From contig NC_058368.1 of assembly GCF_018350175.1 (NCBI RefSeq), positions 47,618,001-47,682,000 on the forward strand: DNA of 64,000 nt, in the 5' to 3' direction. The notes below the pieces were generated by a model that searched no databases, was not told the origin of the DNA, and saw only the letters and a program-made list of their open reading frames with translations. Origin of the DNA: Felis catus (lineage: Eukaryota). A program made the position numbers and the translations under genes. Shown piece by piece: positions 25,841 through 39,502 of the stretch (the stretch's first letter is position 1; every line of letters starts with the position of its first letter).

Positions 25841-27072
25841 TTTAATATATGCATAGAGATATTTGGAATGGTAAAAACCGAAAGAAATCATTCATCATTG
25901 ATGATAATCACAGTAGAGGGCCACTCAAATTCTAAATGGATGAAAGCGATCTTTTCAGTGTACGTTCCCTCTTTTTAGCTTAAATTACTTACTATGTGCA
26001 TGTGGTATTCCCTTCTCCACTCCCTTTCTTCCTCATCTCCTTTCTTCCATTTCATTATCAAGAGCAAGTATTTAGAAGACTATGAAATTGTTCTAGAATA
26101 TCAGACAAAGGAAAAATTCAGAAGCCTCTAAAAAACATAACATACGCATTTGAAAGTTTTAGGACTGATAAAAGGCAACAGAAATGGTGTCTAATACATG
26201 CTCAGGCAAGGAAAAAAGATGTGACAGGAGTTTCTGTTTGATGGAGTCCTTGAAATACTTGCCCGTATGTTCTCTATACCAGCGATATTGGGATATATGA
26301 TTTCTACAAACATAGTATAAGTATCTAAATGAGTAAAACATGTGCTTTTGTCCTTTGAACCACCTAACAACTGCTGAGAGTGTTCTCTCAGCACCCCCAG
26401 TGTACCCAGTGTCTAGGAAGGAGTCTGTAGCACACAGGTCCTACAACTCCACCTTCGTATTCTAAAGTGGGAGACGCACCTGCCAGCCACACCACCAAAT
26501 CCCTTTAAACTTCAAAGCCAATCTTCCCTTCCGTATCTCTAAGCCTTTGTTGATGTGAGGAAAAAATGCACTATTTTATGTACCACCAAGGAGTAAGAGC
26601 AGGAGATACTTCCAATGAAACTGCAATACAATGCTTTATTATCATTCTAATGTTTTTTTTTTAATTTTAAGCACACATTCTTTTAGACTTTGAGCAGTGT
26701 CTCTTATCATATATTACATACAGTTTCTATCCTTTTCTTCTTCTAACATAAACTTTGTGCTGAATGTGCCAAATCACATCGGAATCATATTGGAGACATT
26801 TTAAATGGCAGTTAAACTCAGCCTATGACAGATTAGCCATACTCAGAACTCAACTGAATTCAAAGTATAAATAGCTAAGATCAAATTTGCATGTGCAGAC
26901 TTGATGAACAGCGATTGTAAGAGGCTTCCACTTTCATAGAAAAGATGAAAAATAGTATGATTTATGGGTTCCCTTTGCCTCCCAAAGTGTTTTCCTGAAA
27001 GTTTGTTGATACCTAAAAATTCTTTTAATAAAGAACAGTGCTTTTATTTCACCATTAGAAATACAAGGCTTA

Positions 27073-27333
27073 GGGACGCCTGGGTGGCTCAGTCGGTCAA
27101 GCATCTGACTTCAGCTCAGGTCATGATCTCACGGCTAGTGGGTTTGAGCCCCGTGTGGGGCTCTGTGCTGACAGCTCAGAACCCGGAGCCTGCTTTGGAT
27201 TCTGTGTCTCCCCCTCTGTCTCTGCCCCTCCCCCAATCGTGCTGCTCTTCCTCCTCCTCCTCCTCCTCCTCCTCCTCCTCCTCTCTCTCTCTCTCTCTCT
27301 CTCAAAAATAAGTAAGCATTTTTTAAAAATTAT
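27073..27333 (+). mobile_element. CanSINE with expanded (TCC)n(CT)n tract
   Basis: TSD AAATACAAGGCTTA. Confidence 0.92.
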
Positions 27334-27419
27334 AAATACAAGGCTTAAAACATAAATACACTGCCTGAATTTTTTTTTAATTTAGCAAGTAAAGTTTATC
27401 AGTCCATCAAAATTCTTTC

Positions 27420-28580
27420 TTCTACCCAGAACTGTCCTCCATACTATGGATCGTGATTTCATTTTAAAAGGTCCCTTGCCTACCAGACAGTGTCCATATT
27501 CTTTAGCATGGCAAAGAAAGCCAGTTTGATCCTAACCTACTTCTCGTCCTCATCTTCTACCTCCCCTCTCCCCAGTCCTCACTTGCAACCCCTCCTACCC
27601 CAAGTAACATGTCTCTTGCTCCTGCTGCCACCACTGTTACCTTCCTACTTCTCAGTCTCCATTGTTTACTTTTTTCTGATTGTTCCATAAATGTGGACAG
27701 CCCAGACATCTGTCTTGGCACTGTTCTCTGTGTTTCATGGCTTCAGCTACCAGCTACAATATCTCTTCATTGTAGCCTTTTTTAATAAGTTAGGGATTTA
27801 TGCAGTCAGCATAGATATTACCAAAATTGAAAGAATGCAAAAGGAGTGTTCAGCAAGTAACAGGTTCTCCCTGTTCTTTTCATACCACCTTCTGAACATC
27901 TCTACTCAATCTCCTGTTTTAGTGCTACTGACTTGGTACAACCTCTTATCTATCATCTGAATTAAATTAGGAACCATCCTAATGGTTGGAACCATCCAAT
28001 AGATTGGCATTATCTCTGTTTAGTCCTCTACCCTGTTGGCCAAAATGCTCTTTCTAAATAAAAATCTGTTTTTGTTTCTCCCACAGTTAGTCTTGTCTCT
28101 GTTCACTAAGAATAACAATATATAAGACTTCCCATTGTGCTACCCCTGCCTACATACCCAGTTTCATCGTATATTATGCCACACATGCACGCATGCACAC
28201 ACACAGCCATGCTTCTGTATACAATTACTTGTGTTTCTCCCCACTTTTGTAACTTCTTGTGCTTTACTTGAATTCTCCAAGCACTCTGCGCTATTTCATG
28301 TCTCTGTGCTCTTTGCCCAGTGTACCCATGTCTGCATCGCAGGTGCTTGTCTTTCAGTATCAAGTGTCACCTACTCTATTAAGCCTTTTTTGAACTCCAG
28401 GCAAAAATGACTTATGTCTCCCCATGATACCATATATACCAAGATATATTTAGATAGAGATGTTGTTGACATAACTGTCTGTGTGCTTCTTAAGAGGAAG
28501 GATTCTTTTTTATTGGTCCGAGCTGCTTAGCAGCACAGTGCCTGTTTCTAGTAAGTAGTAAGTAGATCTTTGTTGAAGGA
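27420..28580 (+). mobile_element. Decayed L2 fragments
   Basis: Pyrimidine-rich; ends in L2-like agcacagtgcctg...tttgttgaa. Confidence 0.5.
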
Positions 28581-28887
28581 ATAACTTCTGGTTTTGATGG
28601 GTCAAAGTAAATAAGAGAAGTGGGGGATGCTAGAATGAACCTGAAGCAGATTAGAGGTACCAACCAAGAGGCACAGAGGATGAGGGAGAAATCAGACCTG
28701 CTAATTAGAAAGAAAACTTTAGTTTCTTTTTAAGTGTCAGAGACTCAATCATATGCTTTATGTCACATATGGAACCAGAGCAGCATAAATACCAGCTCCA
28801 CCCACCACCATCATGAAAAAAAATATTTTAGTTACATGGAATCGGTAGTATCATCAACTTTTATTGAAAACACTAGAGTTTTTTCTC

Positions 28888-29062
28888 GGGAGCCTGGGTG
28901 GCTCAGTCAGTTAAGCTTCCGACTCTTGGTTTGGGCTCAGGTCACCATCTCGCTGTTCGTGGGTTTGAGCCCTGACTCAGGCTCCACGCTGATGGTGCGG
29001 AGCCTGGCTGGGATTCTTTCTCTCCCTCTCTCTCTGCCCCTCCCCGGCTATCTATCTGGCTA

Positions 29063-29114
<52 letters not shown>

Positions 29115-29160
29115 TGTCTGCCCCCCCCAAAATAAATAAACTAAACTTTTTTTAAAAAAT
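28888..29160 (+). mobile_element. CanSINE
   Basis: SINE head, long (CT)n, AATAAA tail. Confidence 0.9.
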
Positions 29161-29491
29161 CACTCAATAAATGCAGATGGGCTTTTTAATTCTGTTTCAT
29201 TTATTTTTCTGCTAATGGCAATAGTATTGGTAAAATCAGTATTTTTATTAATAAACGGCATTTTAAAGAAATAGTAATTTCCCAATTGGAATAAATAATG
29301 CTTGTTTTGCTTATGTGGAAATACTCAGAATGAACCATCCAAATGAATTTTAACACAACATGGTAAGATTTTGTAATGACAATATAAATAATTTTGTGAC
29401 ATAATGGTGGTAAAACTGCAATTCTGGAGAGTAACCACCTGCTCTTCCCAAATGTAAAAGTACATTTAATTGCATACAAACTAATCATCTT

Positions 29492-29514
29492 TTTTAATAT
29501 ATTTTTAGTTTATT

Positions 29515-29594
<80 letters not shown>

Positions 29595-29757
29595 TGAGTG
29601 GGGGAGGGGCAGAGAGAGAGGGAGACACAGAATCCAAAGCAGTTCCAGGCTCTGAGCTGTCCGCACAGAGCTTGACATGGGACTAGAACTCACGGACTGT
29701 GAGATCATGACCTGAGCTGAAGTTGGACACTTAACCAACTGACCCACCGAGGCACCC
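29492..29757 (-). mobile_element. CanSINE with compound (GA)n(CA)n microsatellite
   Basis: TSD TACAAAC(T/C)AATCATCTT. Confidence 0.92.
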
Positions 29758-30027
29758 TACAAACCAATCATCTTAAGAAAAGCATGGAAAACTGGGTATT
29801 TTAAGGCTAATAAAAACTTCAATTTAACCAGAATCATTATATTTAAATCAGAGTACATGAATTACTGATAAAATTCACCTAATTTGTTGAATCTGTATAG
29901 AAAAGTGAAAGGTAAGCAATATGTAATAAGGTAATGAAGATACACATTTAATAGCAATGAAAATAGTCTCTTAAATTTTTTGAATAAGTATTTCATTAAA
30001 ATCAAAATAATTATATGTATATATAAT

Positions 30028-30030
30028 TAA

Positions 30031-30077
<47 letters not shown>

Positions 30078-30082
30078 AATAA
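30028..30082. repeat. (TAAA)n tetranucleotide microsatellite
   Basis: Read directly. Confidence 0.95.
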
Positions 30083-30275
30083 TGGCTAGGTATTTTGAGT
30101 GCTTACTTTAATACCAGTCATACTATCTCATGAAACCACAGGAATATTGCTTGGGCTAACTAGTATGTTCAGAGTATGAGGTAAACTCAGGGGAGTTTAC
30201 CAGCTTCCCAGGCTTCCTGAGGCCTCAAAGAAGCCCTTTTGTGTGAGTGCAGGCTTCCATTAGATTGGAAGGTAT

Positions 30276-30494
30276 GGGGCGCCTGGGTGGCGCAGTCAGT
30301 TAAGCGTCCGACTTCAGCCAGGTCACGATCTCGCGGTCTGTGAGTTCGAGCCCCGCGTCAGACTCTGGGCTGATGGCTCGGAGCCTGGAGCCTGTTTCTG
30401 ATTCTGTGTCTCCCTCTCTCTCTGCCCCTCCCCCGTTCATGCTCTGTCTCTCTCTGTCCCAAAAATAAATAAAAAACGTTGAAGAAAAAAAAAA
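30276..30494 (+). mobile_element. Young SINEC_Fc-type SINE
   Basis: TSD ATTAGATTGGAAGGT. Confidence 0.95.
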
Positions 30495-30751
30495 ATTAGA
30501 TTGGAAGGTGTATCAGAGAAGAATCAAAGGAGAAGAATGACCAAGATGCAAAGTCTACTCAATCTGCTCTTAGGTTTTTCATGGATTCGCCGTCGCCACA
30601 GTTAGCATATCAAGTGCTGTAATATATGATACCTCTGCCCTTAAGATCTGAAATTTTCACCAGGTGATAAATCCCACAGAACACTGTCCACAAAATTGAC
30701 CTGAGACTGATTTGGATTTTGACTGCTCTGAATGCAAATTTTGTCCTTTAT

Positions 30752-30955
30752 GGGGCGCCTGGGGGCTCAGTAGGTTAAGTATCAGACTTCAGCTCAGGTC
30801 CTGATTTCACCGTTTGTGAGTTCAAGCCCCACGTCGGGCTCTGTGCTGACAGCTCAGAGCCTGGAGCCTGCTTCAGATTCTGTGTCTCCCACTCTCTGCC
30901 CCTCCCCTGCTCTCTCTCTCTCTCTCTCAAAAATAAACATTAAAAAAATTTTAAT
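30752..30955 (+). mobile_element. CanSINE
   Basis: Full body. Confidence 0.9.
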
Positions 30956-32477
30956 AAATTAGCCTTTTCATTTTAATAATGATGAACATATATTTATCTA
31001 CCCTATGAATGACTAATTTATTTTACGGACAAAGCATTTCCCTTTCATTTTCTAACAGCTCTGTGTCTAACCTTGCCAAGTGCTTAAACCAAGAAGTCTT
31101 TGTTATGGCTCATTCTGGAAAAAACTCAATTACATGGATTCAGGATAATATAGTAAAATTTGTTCTGTAAACATGCTTTTTATAGGTTCACACACCAGCT
31201 CATGTGAGTGGGTGTGTGTACCGAATTCCAGCCACCACTGAAGTAAGGGACAAAGTGATTTACCTATAAATTGTGTCCTGTTTACACATCAAACAAATTG
31301 TTTAAACTTTTTACCTTACTGATGTGCCTTGATAACTCATGAATGACTACATTTTTCTCATTTAAGAGCTGTTACAACTCAACACTGCAGCGCCCTCCCC
31401 TCTGCCATCAGGATTGTCATACAGTTGAACCACATTAAAATGAATTTCTCAGAGGGAGCTTTAAGGGGGCAAGAAATTTAAAACACTTGAACTTGAAAAT
31501 TCCATTCTCTGACTCTAATCTCCTGTCCTTCCAGCTCTCCCAGTCCTTTCATTCTCACTAAATCTGTGCTTTATTTGCACTCAATACATGTTCCACACTC
31601 ATAAACTCTGTATTTTCCAATCTGTCAGGCCCTTCTTGGCTTCACTTTTCTTTCTACCCAGCCATGACCTTACCAGCCATCTGAGCACTACATTCACTAG
31701 CACCTAGATTGCTTTGTCACTAATTCATCCATCAGGCTTTTCTTGACATCCCTACCTTTCACATAGCACCTTACAGGGCAACGATAGTTACCCTGTAAAT
31801 ACTTAATGGAAGGAAAGAGAGAGGGAGAGAAAACTCTTTGGTTTTATGGTAATATGCTGAAAATTTCTTGTGGAAATGTGTTACTGCTTGAAAGCATTAC
31901 AAATTCATGTTGTTGAACATCGACCAGAACCTCATTCCTACTGCCCACTGTTTTTATTTTTCTGCATCTGTCCTGTTTCCCATTATCTTCATTGCAGATC
32001 ACTTCCACTCAAAACCATCAGTTCCATCATCTCTATCTTCCTTATTAGGTCATCTAAATTTCTTTCTCTTAAGTCTCTTTCACCCAAGGATTTTTGTAGT
32101 ATCTTCACTTTCTCTCTTTTTCCCCCTTTTGGTTTCTCTTCAAAAAAATGAGAGGGAATGAGAATGTGTGTGTGTGTACACACAGAGGTAACTTTCAAAA
32201 ATTAACCCCTCTCTTTATACCTTATTCCTTCCGTCCGCCCTGATCCTCTGTTCGCTCTGCCCTCTGTTAGTGATCGCCAGTGACTTCCTAATTGACAGTG
32301 TCCTCTTCTCAGTCTCCTGACCTATGGCATGACATTATAGATTTTATAGATAAGCTAGAAATTCTGTTCTCTCTTTGCTTGACAACACCATTCCTCTCCC
32401 ATGTCTTCATCTTCTTCCAACCCTATAGCACAGCTGTCCCTCACATATCTGCCCTTTGTCCTATTCTTACATGTCAC

Positions 32478-32870
32478 TAGTGATTCTCAAATGCTAGTGA
32501 ATGTAAGAATCACCAAACATTCTTGTTTAAAGTGTAGGTTTCTAGGGGCACCTGGCTCAGATGATTAAGCATCTAACTCTTGATTTCATTTCAGGTCATG
32601 ATGTGATTCATGAGATAGAGCCCTACATCGGGCTCTGTGCTGACAGCTTAGAGCCTGCCGGGGATTCTCATTCTCTCTCTCTCTCTTCCTCCCTCCATCC
32701 CTCCAAAATAAATAAGCATTTAAAAAAATAAAATAAAATGTGGGTTTCTAGATCCTGCCCTCAGAGATTGTGATTAAGTAGGTCTGGAATGAAACCCATG
32801 AATCTGCATTTTTAACAAGCTCATCTTGTGACTCTAATAAAAGTGATGCATGGCCACACTTTGAAAAATA
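32478..32870. mobile_element. MER5-like hAT-Charlie MITE split by a CanSINE (32545-32735)
   Basis: agtgattctcaaa...agaatcacc / gtaggtctgg...gaatctgcatttttaacaagctc...ccacactttgaaaaa. Confidence 0.75.
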
Positions 32871-33442
32871 ATACTTCACAGCCCTATCTATTCTGTGACT
32901 TATAAGTAGATAGTCCCTTGCATCCATCACTGATTGCTCTGAAATATTTAATGTCCTACTCATGAATTTCATCTTATTATCTGTTCTTTCTCCTTTTATC
33001 TCATTAATATCTCCTTGTTACCATACTTTGACAATCTCGGGACCAGAGCAGGGCTGATAATCAACTAGCACTTGCTTTTGGTGATTAAAACAACAAAATA
33101 TTTGCAAGAAGGCTGCACACAGCTGTTGTCCCAAGGCCCTGAGTGTCATTCCTGTCTGTACTGGCACCTCTCCGAGATCCCTGCGACCTCCTCACCATCC
33201 ACCAACAGAGATACCATACCTGGCACCTGCCCCAGTGCAAAGCTGGCGTCTTAAATGGTTGAATTTTATCAGTTAAATATCACTCCTGTTAAAGATGAGA
33301 TAATTAACCATGTGAGACACAGGATAAGAAGCTGGTTTTAATGGGAAGGATAGCAAAGTCAGGATATAAGATGATGTGCAGTCCTGTTAAACCTGCTAAA
33401 ATAGTTGGATGGAATAGCCTGCAGCAAGTCCAAGATGACCAG

Positions 33443-33571
33443 AGCGGTGCTTTCCAAATTTGACCAATTATCAGAAATTTTGATTCAGTGGGACTGGGGT
33501 GGGCCCCGGAAATCCGTTTTTGAACATTTTCCCCAGTGATTCTGATGATTTAACTAGATTTGAGAACTGCT
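33443..33571. mobile_element. MER5-like MITE
   Basis: gattcagtgggactggggtgggcccc...gtgattctgatg...tttgagaactgct. Confidence 0.7.
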
Positions 33572-34044
33572 TTAGATTGAGAACACAGAGAATTAGTACT
33601 AAAGTATTGCCCCTTATTGGACCTCAAATAGGCATTTTACATTCCTTGGCACCATCAAAAAGATAAGATAGGATATATGGAATTTTCCTCACAAACTACC
33701 ACCAGTAGTAGAAAGTATCATTTGTATATATTTTAAATAGAAATCAATTCAGTATTAAATTCTATTCAACAGAATGCATTTTGTCTCTGGCAGGAAGGAG
33801 CTCCATTTCTAGAAGTTTCTTTGAAAATAAACTCCATAAGAAAAAAAATCCCACGTTTAGGAAAAACACAACAAAATGTGATCACCTTTATATATGTAAT
33901 TTTAAGAGAAAATATATAATTTTAGATTATCTAAGAACAAGTTAAGATTTGAATTAAAACATGTAATTATGTTTTAATCAGCCGTTGCTTGTCTCTGAAT
34001 CATGTGTACAGTTTATTGAAACAAAGGAGGAATAACAATTCTGT

Positions 34045-34213
34045 GGGCACCTGGGTGGCTCAGTCGGTTGAGCATCCAACTTTTGATTTTGGCTCAGGTC
34101 ATGATCTCACAGTTCATGGCATCGAGCCCCATGTTGGGCTCTGTGCTGACAGTCCAGAATCTTCTTGGGATTCTCTGTCTCCCTCTCTCTGCCTATCTCT
34201 CTCTCTCTCTCTC

Positions 34214-34245
<32 letters not shown>
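34045..34245 (+). mobile_element. CanSINE flanked by an 84-bp direct repeat
   Basis: Repeat copies at 33961-34044 and 34246-34329. Confidence 0.92.
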
Positions 34246-34246
<1 letters not shown>

Positions 34247-35732
34247 TGTAATTATGTTTTAATCAGGTGTTGCTTTTCTCTGAATCATATGTACAATTTA
34301 TTGAAACAAAGGAGGAATAACAATTCTGTAAAATGTTGTGTCATGGGTTTAGTCCTGAGTCATTTATTACGTATATGATTCTTGAGTCACTAATTACTAA
34401 GGCTTTCCTATAAGGAAAAGATTGCTAACAATAGACAAAGTGATTGTGAAACTTCTAATACTAATTATTATGGTTACAGAAAGACTTTTTAAAATCACAT
34501 TGGAGGAATTAAATTCTGTCAAATTACATTTATTTCAAAAATAGGTATTAGCATCACTTCATCGACAAACGTGTATTTTTCGTGAGGAATTAAAATACAT
34601 TTTGGGATTTAGAATCTTAAAAGTTTATAAAGAAATATGTTCTTAAAACTGACAGCACTATAGTTATTTTTATTATCCAGAGAGGGAGTAGTTTCTAGGT
34701 TGTATATTAAAGATACCTTTTAAAAGTAAGGCATTGGGGCCCTTAATTTTGTTTACAGTACTGAAACCTAACATATGTAATTTCTGTGATGAAAAAAAAA
34801 ATGGAACTAAAATAATTAAGACTAATGACTGCTGTTATTCTTTCATGCAGTTGAATTTAGATCCAATAAGTTTCAAAAATAGCACATTCTAGACTACAGC
34901 TAACTGCGATTTGTAAATGCCCTTAATGCTTCCCTCACGTTGCACCCCAGCCCCCCACCCTGCCCCCCTGCCCCACCCCACCCCACCCCGATTGTTCTGC
35001 ACTTTGAAACACAAAGCAACTTGTCAGTTCAGTTTATTCAGTTAAGGTCAGTTCCGTGAAAACAAAGTCAAGGCAATTGTTTGATTTAATTGACTAGTGA
35101 AACTGGTTATACAGGTAAGAAGAACTCAGTTTTATTTTTGTCCAGTTGCGTATTTGAATGTTCATAAAGTAACTTAGTAGAGTAATAAGATTCCAGTGAC
35201 ATTGTAATAAATTTAAAAGAATGGTTACCAAAGCAAGGAAAAAGGACACTAAAACCCAAACTATAGAAAATATTCATGGTATTTTTTTCTTTATGGCATT
35301 GCTTCTTTGTAATGAATCATGTTCAAAAAATGAAGTCTTTTTTTTCACTGTTCGTTTCCTTATCTTTGAGGAATTTCTTTTCCTGGGCTAATGTAACCAA
35401 AAGGAAAATTTTTAATATAATTTACTCAAATCATTTAAATAACTTTTACAAAGTAGTCCTCAATCTGCAAACAGATATTCTACAGCAGCTAGCTGGTCAA
35501 CCACCTTTTGGCTTCACTCTCCTCCTTACCCACCTAGACCTCAAGGCTGTTCACTTTAACAATGATTGTTTCTGCCTTTGATTCTTCTGCCTTCCTCTGT
35601 ACCTTCCATTATATCCATTCTGCTGTTCTCTAAACTTTCAGCTTCTGGGCTGCTAGTCACTCATTTCTTTTATGTGGGTACTAAAATAAATGATATGTTT
35701 AGATCTTAAAATATATATCTATAAATCTTGTA

Positions 35733-35945
35733 GGGGCACCTGGGTGACTCAGTCGGTTAAGCATCTGACTTCGGGTCAGGTCATGATCTCACGGTTCGTG
35801 GGTTTGAGCCCTGCATCGGGCTCTGTGCTGACAGCTCAGAGCCTGGAACCTGCTTTGGATTCTGTGTCTCCCTCTCTCCGTGTCCCTCCCCTGCTCACGC
35901 TCTGTCTCTCTGTCTCTCAAAAATAAATAAAATGTTAAAAAAAAA
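35733..35945 (+). mobile_element. CanSINE
   Basis: TSD ATAAATCTTGTA. Confidence 0.92.
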
Positions 35946-37477
35946 ATAAATCTTGTAAATGTAACTCACTTGAGAAAAAAAGTCATTTCTTGTCCCAGAA
36001 AAAGAGCACATCTTTAGCCTCCATTGAACTTGTTAGGAACTATGAAGGAAAGAGGAAAAAATACTGAAACATATACAAGGCTAGAATTTTATTGGCAAAG
36101 AATATTTTAAGGTCATAAAGTAGGAATTTTGTGGCAATTTTGTTCTGTGTAATAAAGTACTCCCTTCCCCACCCCTCATTCTTATAATAGGTGTTTACCA
36201 CTTCTGTAGTGATTTGTTCAGTTTTTGCATATCCAACTTTAGAATACCTTTTCTGAGAAATCATTAGGTACCAAAGTAGGGGCCTACGGATACTGACAGT
36301 GCTGTGTGTGACCTACATCTTACATCTGCTTAGGAAAAAAGAGCAAATGCAATAAACAACAACAACAACAAAAACCAAGGTTGGTTGGATATATAAGTTA
36401 ATAAAATCCTTAAGAAAAGAATCTTGGTCTTATGTATCAAGAGCATTACGTTGTCCTTAAACTTAGTGCAACTTCTGTTATGAAAAAACTTCACAAAGAA
36501 AACATTAATTAAAGAAAAAAGTAATTTTGAAGTCTGTTGCAACATTATTTATGATGCAATTGATAAATTGATAACATCCTAAAGGTTTATTACTATAAGC
36601 AATGTAATTATGGTATATTGGCTTCCTAGACAGTTTTGTAGCCATTAAAATCGTAAATTAAGTTACTCTGAGAGCTTGAAAAATAATAAAGGTAAAGTGA
36701 AAAGGTCTAATATAAGATTGTACATAATGTACTAAGAAAAAGCAATCCAAAAGGAAATTACAAAAACAAATCCACTTATGATAGCATCAAAAAATAAAAT
36801 CTAAGCTTAGGAATAAATCTAATCAAACAGGAGAAGGATTTGTACACTGAAAACTACACAACTTTGCTAAAGAAACTTTAAAAGACCTAATAAATGGAGA
36901 GACATCTCATGTTTATAGATTAGAAGACTTAATATTGCTAAGATCACAGTACTGCCCAAAACAACTTATAGATTCAGTATAATCCCTATCAAAATCCCAA
37001 CAGCATTTTTTGAAGAAATAGAAAAACCCATCCTAAAATTCCTATGCAATTTTAAGGGACCCTGAATGGCCAAAACAATCTTGAAAAGGAAAATCAAAGT
37101 TGGAAGACACACTTCCAAGTTTTAAAATGTACCACAAAGCTACAGTAGTCAAAACAGTGTTGTACTAGCATAAGGATAGATAGATAAGACTAATGGAATG
37201 AAATAGAGAGTCTGGAAATAAACCCTTCATATATGGTCAAAAGGTTTTCAGTAAGATTGCTAAGACCATTCAATGGTCTTTTCAACAAATGGTGCTGGTA
37301 AAACATTGGATATCTGCATGTCAAACATTGAAATAGAATCCTTATCCTACTGTCTACAAAAATTAATTCAAACTGGATCAAAGACATAAATTTCAGAGCT
37401 AAGAATGTAACACTATAGAAGAAAACATAGAAAATTTTCATGATCTTGGGCTTGGCAGTTGTTTCTTAAAAAATGAT

Positions 37478-37745
37478 GGGGCGCCTGGGTGGCGCAGTCG
37501 GTTAAGCGTCCGACTTCAGCCAGGTCACGATCTCGCGGTCCGTGAGTTCGAGCCCCGCGTCAGGCTCTGGGCTGATGGCTTAGAGCCCGGAGCCTGTTTC
37601 CGATTCTGTGTCTCCCTCTCTCTCTGCCCCTCCCCCATTCATGCTCTGTCTCTCTCTGTCCCAAAAATAAACGTTGAAAAAAAAAATTGAAAAAAAATAA
37701 AATAAAATAAAATAAATAAATAAATAAATAAATAAATAGATAAAT
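37478..37745 (+). mobile_element. Young SINEC_Fc-type SINE with long (TAAA)n tail, followed by a 5'-truncated SINE at 37762-37840
   Basis: Nearly all CpGs retained; TSD AAAAATGAT. Confidence 0.93.
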
Positions 37746-38022
37746 AAAAATGATACCAATTTAGGATTCTCTGTCTCCCTCTTTCTCTGCCCCTCCCCTG
37801 CCGCTCTCTATCTGTCTCTCAAAATAAATGTTAAAAAATAAAACGATACCAAAAGTATAAGCAACAAAAGAAAAAACTAGGTAAGTTGGATATCATCAAA
37901 ATTAAAGACTTTTGTGATCAAAGGACATAATCAAGAGAGTGAAAAGACAACCCACAGAATGGGAGAAAATACTTGCAAGTCATATGTCTAATATGGGTTT
38001 AATATCCAGAACATAACTCCCA

Positions 38023-38149
38023 GGGGCACGTGGGTAGATCAGTCCGTTAAACATCTGACTTCGGCTCAGGTCATGATCTCACAGTTTGTGAGTTTGAGCC
38101 CCACATCGGGCTCTGTGCTGACATCTCAGAGCCTGGAGCCTGCTTCAGA

Positions 38150-38206
<57 letters not shown>

Positions 38207-38293
38207 CCTCCCTGGCTTGTGCTCTGTCTCTCTCGCTCTCGCTCTCACTCTCGCTCTCTCACAAAAATAAACATTTTAAAAATTAAAAAAAAA
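38023..38293 (+). mobile_element. CanSINE nested in L1
   Basis: SINE body with long (CT)n; flanking aactccc. Confidence 0.9.
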
Positions 38294-39117
38294 ACAAACT
38301 CCCATAACTCCACAACAAAAAAGCGGACAACTAATTGAAATTATGGAAAAATGACTTGAATAGACATTTGTCCAAAGATACACAGTGACCGATAGGCACA
38401 TGAAATAATAGTGTTGGTGAGGATGTGGAGAAAGTAGAACCAAGTGCATTGTTAATAGGAATGTAAAATGATGCAGCCGCTGTGCAAAACAGTTGCCTGT
38501 TCCTCAAAAAGTTAACTATAGAAAAAAATTTTTTTTAACTTTTTAAAAAGTTAAATATAGAATTACCATATGACCTAGCAATTTCACTCCACTTCTAGCA
38601 GATATTCAAAGGAATTGAAAATGGGGACTCAAGCAGATATTTATATACCACTGTTTGTAGCAACATTAATTAAAATAGCCAAAAAAGTGAAAACAACCCA
38701 AGTATTCATCAACAGATGAATAAATAAATAAGATGTACTATAAACACACAATGGAATATTATTTAGCCATAGAAAGGAATGAAGTTCTGATACATTGTAC
38801 AGCATGGGTGAACCTTGAAAACATTACATTAAGTGGAATAAGCAGACACAAAATGACAAATATTATATGATTCCCCTTATAGATCTAGAATAGGCAAATT
38901 CATAGAGACAGATAGTAGAGGTTTCTAATGGCTGGGGGGTTGCAGAGAGTGTTTTTGTTTAATGGATACAGAGTTTCCATTGGGATTGATAAAAACGTTC
39001 CAGGAATAGAGATTAGTGATGGTTATACAACATTATGAATATATGTAATGCCACTGAATTGTGTGCTATACAATGGTTAAGCTGGTGACTTTTATATTCT
39101 TTATATTGTAACTGTAA

Positions 39118-39502
39118 TTTTTTTTTTTTTTAGAGAGTGAGAGTGGGGATAGGGTAGAGAGAGAGAGAATCTTTGTTTTTTTTAACTTTTGTTAACATTT
39201 ATTTATTTTTGAGAGATAGAGCACGAGCCAGGGAGGGGCAGAGAGAGGGAGAGAGAATCCAAAGCAGTCTCCAGGCTCTGAGCTGTCAGCACTGAGCCGA
39301 GTGCAGGGCTCCAGTCCACAAACCGTGAGGTCATGACCTGAGGTCACGAAGTCAGATGCTTAACTGACTGAGCCACCCAGGCACCCCGAGAAAGAGAATC
39401 TTAAGCTCCACACTGAGGAGGTCTATCCCACAACCCTGGGATCATGATCTGAGCCAAAATCAAGAGTGGTACACTCAACCAACTGAGCCAGACAGGTGCC
39501 CC
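39118..39502 (-). mobile_element. Nested pair of antisense CanSINEs
   Basis: Inner SINE at about 39175-39387 flanked by GAGA(G/A)AGAGAATCTT. Confidence 0.88.

Larger units (their letters stand above)
36735..39115 (+). mobile_element. Old L1 (L1MA/MB-like) ORF2 3' half + 3' UTR, interrupted by SINEs
   Basis: A-rich L1 ORF2 motifs (aatccctatcaaaatccca, cttttcaacaaatggtgctgg) and L1M 3' end. Confidence 0.85.

Noticed and set aside
37478..37560. tRNA-like A/B boxes (TGGCGCAGTCGG...GTTCGAGCC)
   Set aside because: tRNA-derived SINE head followed by CT tract, A tail and TSD; not a tRNA gene.
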